DNA from: an uncultured delta proteobacterium
Lineage (GTDB): Bacteria > Desulfobacterota > Desulfobacteria > Desulfobacterales > QNYZ01
Reading direction: 5' to 3'
DNA length: 64,000 nt
Assembly (NCBI GenBank): GCA_963845145.1
Contig: CAWJQU010000008.1
Span: 64,001-128,000, forward strand
Of this stretch, positions 63,594 through 64,000 are shown in pieces (positions within the stretch are counted from its first letter, which is position 1; the number at the start of each line of letters is the position of its first letter). Both the position numbers and the translations under genes were made by a program. The notes under the pieces are model-generated. The model had not been told where the DNA came from and searched no databases. It was given only the letters and a program-made list of their open reading frames with translations.

Positions 63594-64000
63594 CTAATGG
63601 GCGTGCTCCATCGAACCGGTAAAATACATAATTGACAACAAAAAGAACACAAAGGCTTGAACCAGGGCGACGAAAATCCCCAGCGCCATTATGGGCAAGG
63701 GGGCAAAAAACGCACCGGCCAGACCAAAAAGAATGCCTAATACCAACTCATGCCCCATCATGTTTCCGAACAAACGGAAGGACAAGGAGAGAATACGAGC
63801 CACATGGCCGATGATTTCAATGGGTAAAATGATGGGAATCATCCACCAGACGGGACCGAGAAAATGTTTAATATAACCGGCGCCATGGTATTTGATCCCG
63901 ATTATGTGGGTAAAAACCACCACGATCAACGCACAGGCCAGAGTCGTATTCAGGCTCGCCGTGGGCGGGAAAAACCCAGGTACCAGGCCGATTAAATTGG
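63594..64000 (-). CDS. atpB: ATP synthase F0 subunit a, 5'-truncated by window edge
   Basis: [21 protein letters not shown]. Confidence 0.95.
   Translation of the reverse strand, partial: NLIGLVPGFFPPTASLNTTLACALIVVVFTHIIGIKYHGAGYIKHFLGPVWWMIPIILPIEIIGHVARILSLSFRLFGNMMGHELVLGILFGLAGAFFAPLPIMALGIFVALVQAFVFFLLSIMYFTGSMEHAH

Overview
Bacterial chromosome segment. Gene content (futalosine hydrolase, fused HisHF, a Sec-containing DsbA-like protein, REP-like repeats) suggests an anaerobic deltaproteobacterium, probably Desulfobacterales-like; this is inference only. The main find is a ~13-14 kb candidate RiPP biosynthetic cluster (2465-15522, possibly to 16713). It encodes five radical SAM enzymes (three SPASM-type, one HemN-like, one PFL-activase-related), a lasso-type B2 leader peptidase, a peptidase-less ABC exporter, an HPr-kinase-like kinase fused to a degenerate nucleotidyltransferase, and an intact nucleotidyltransferase. 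Its PqqD/RRE protein carries a fused precursor with a lasso-like leader (YTKPAI...VTA) and predicted core GTGSSSSSSGGGHYWYPN. There is no lasso cyclase in the window and no Asp/Glu in the core, so the product is unlikely to be a lasso peptide. An AT-rich accessory patch (26.6-34.5 kb) holds an IS200/IS605 element, an integron attC-like site without integrase, a MITE-like element and a UxxC selenoprotein. The rest is housekeeping (nhaA, liv-type ABC operon, hisHF, pgk, radC, gpsA, gyrA, rfbC, suhB, dnaA, uvrA, atpE/atpB). At least five single-base frameshifts in otherwise intact genes point to assembly indel errors. All family calls come from motif recognition by eye; no database searches were run.
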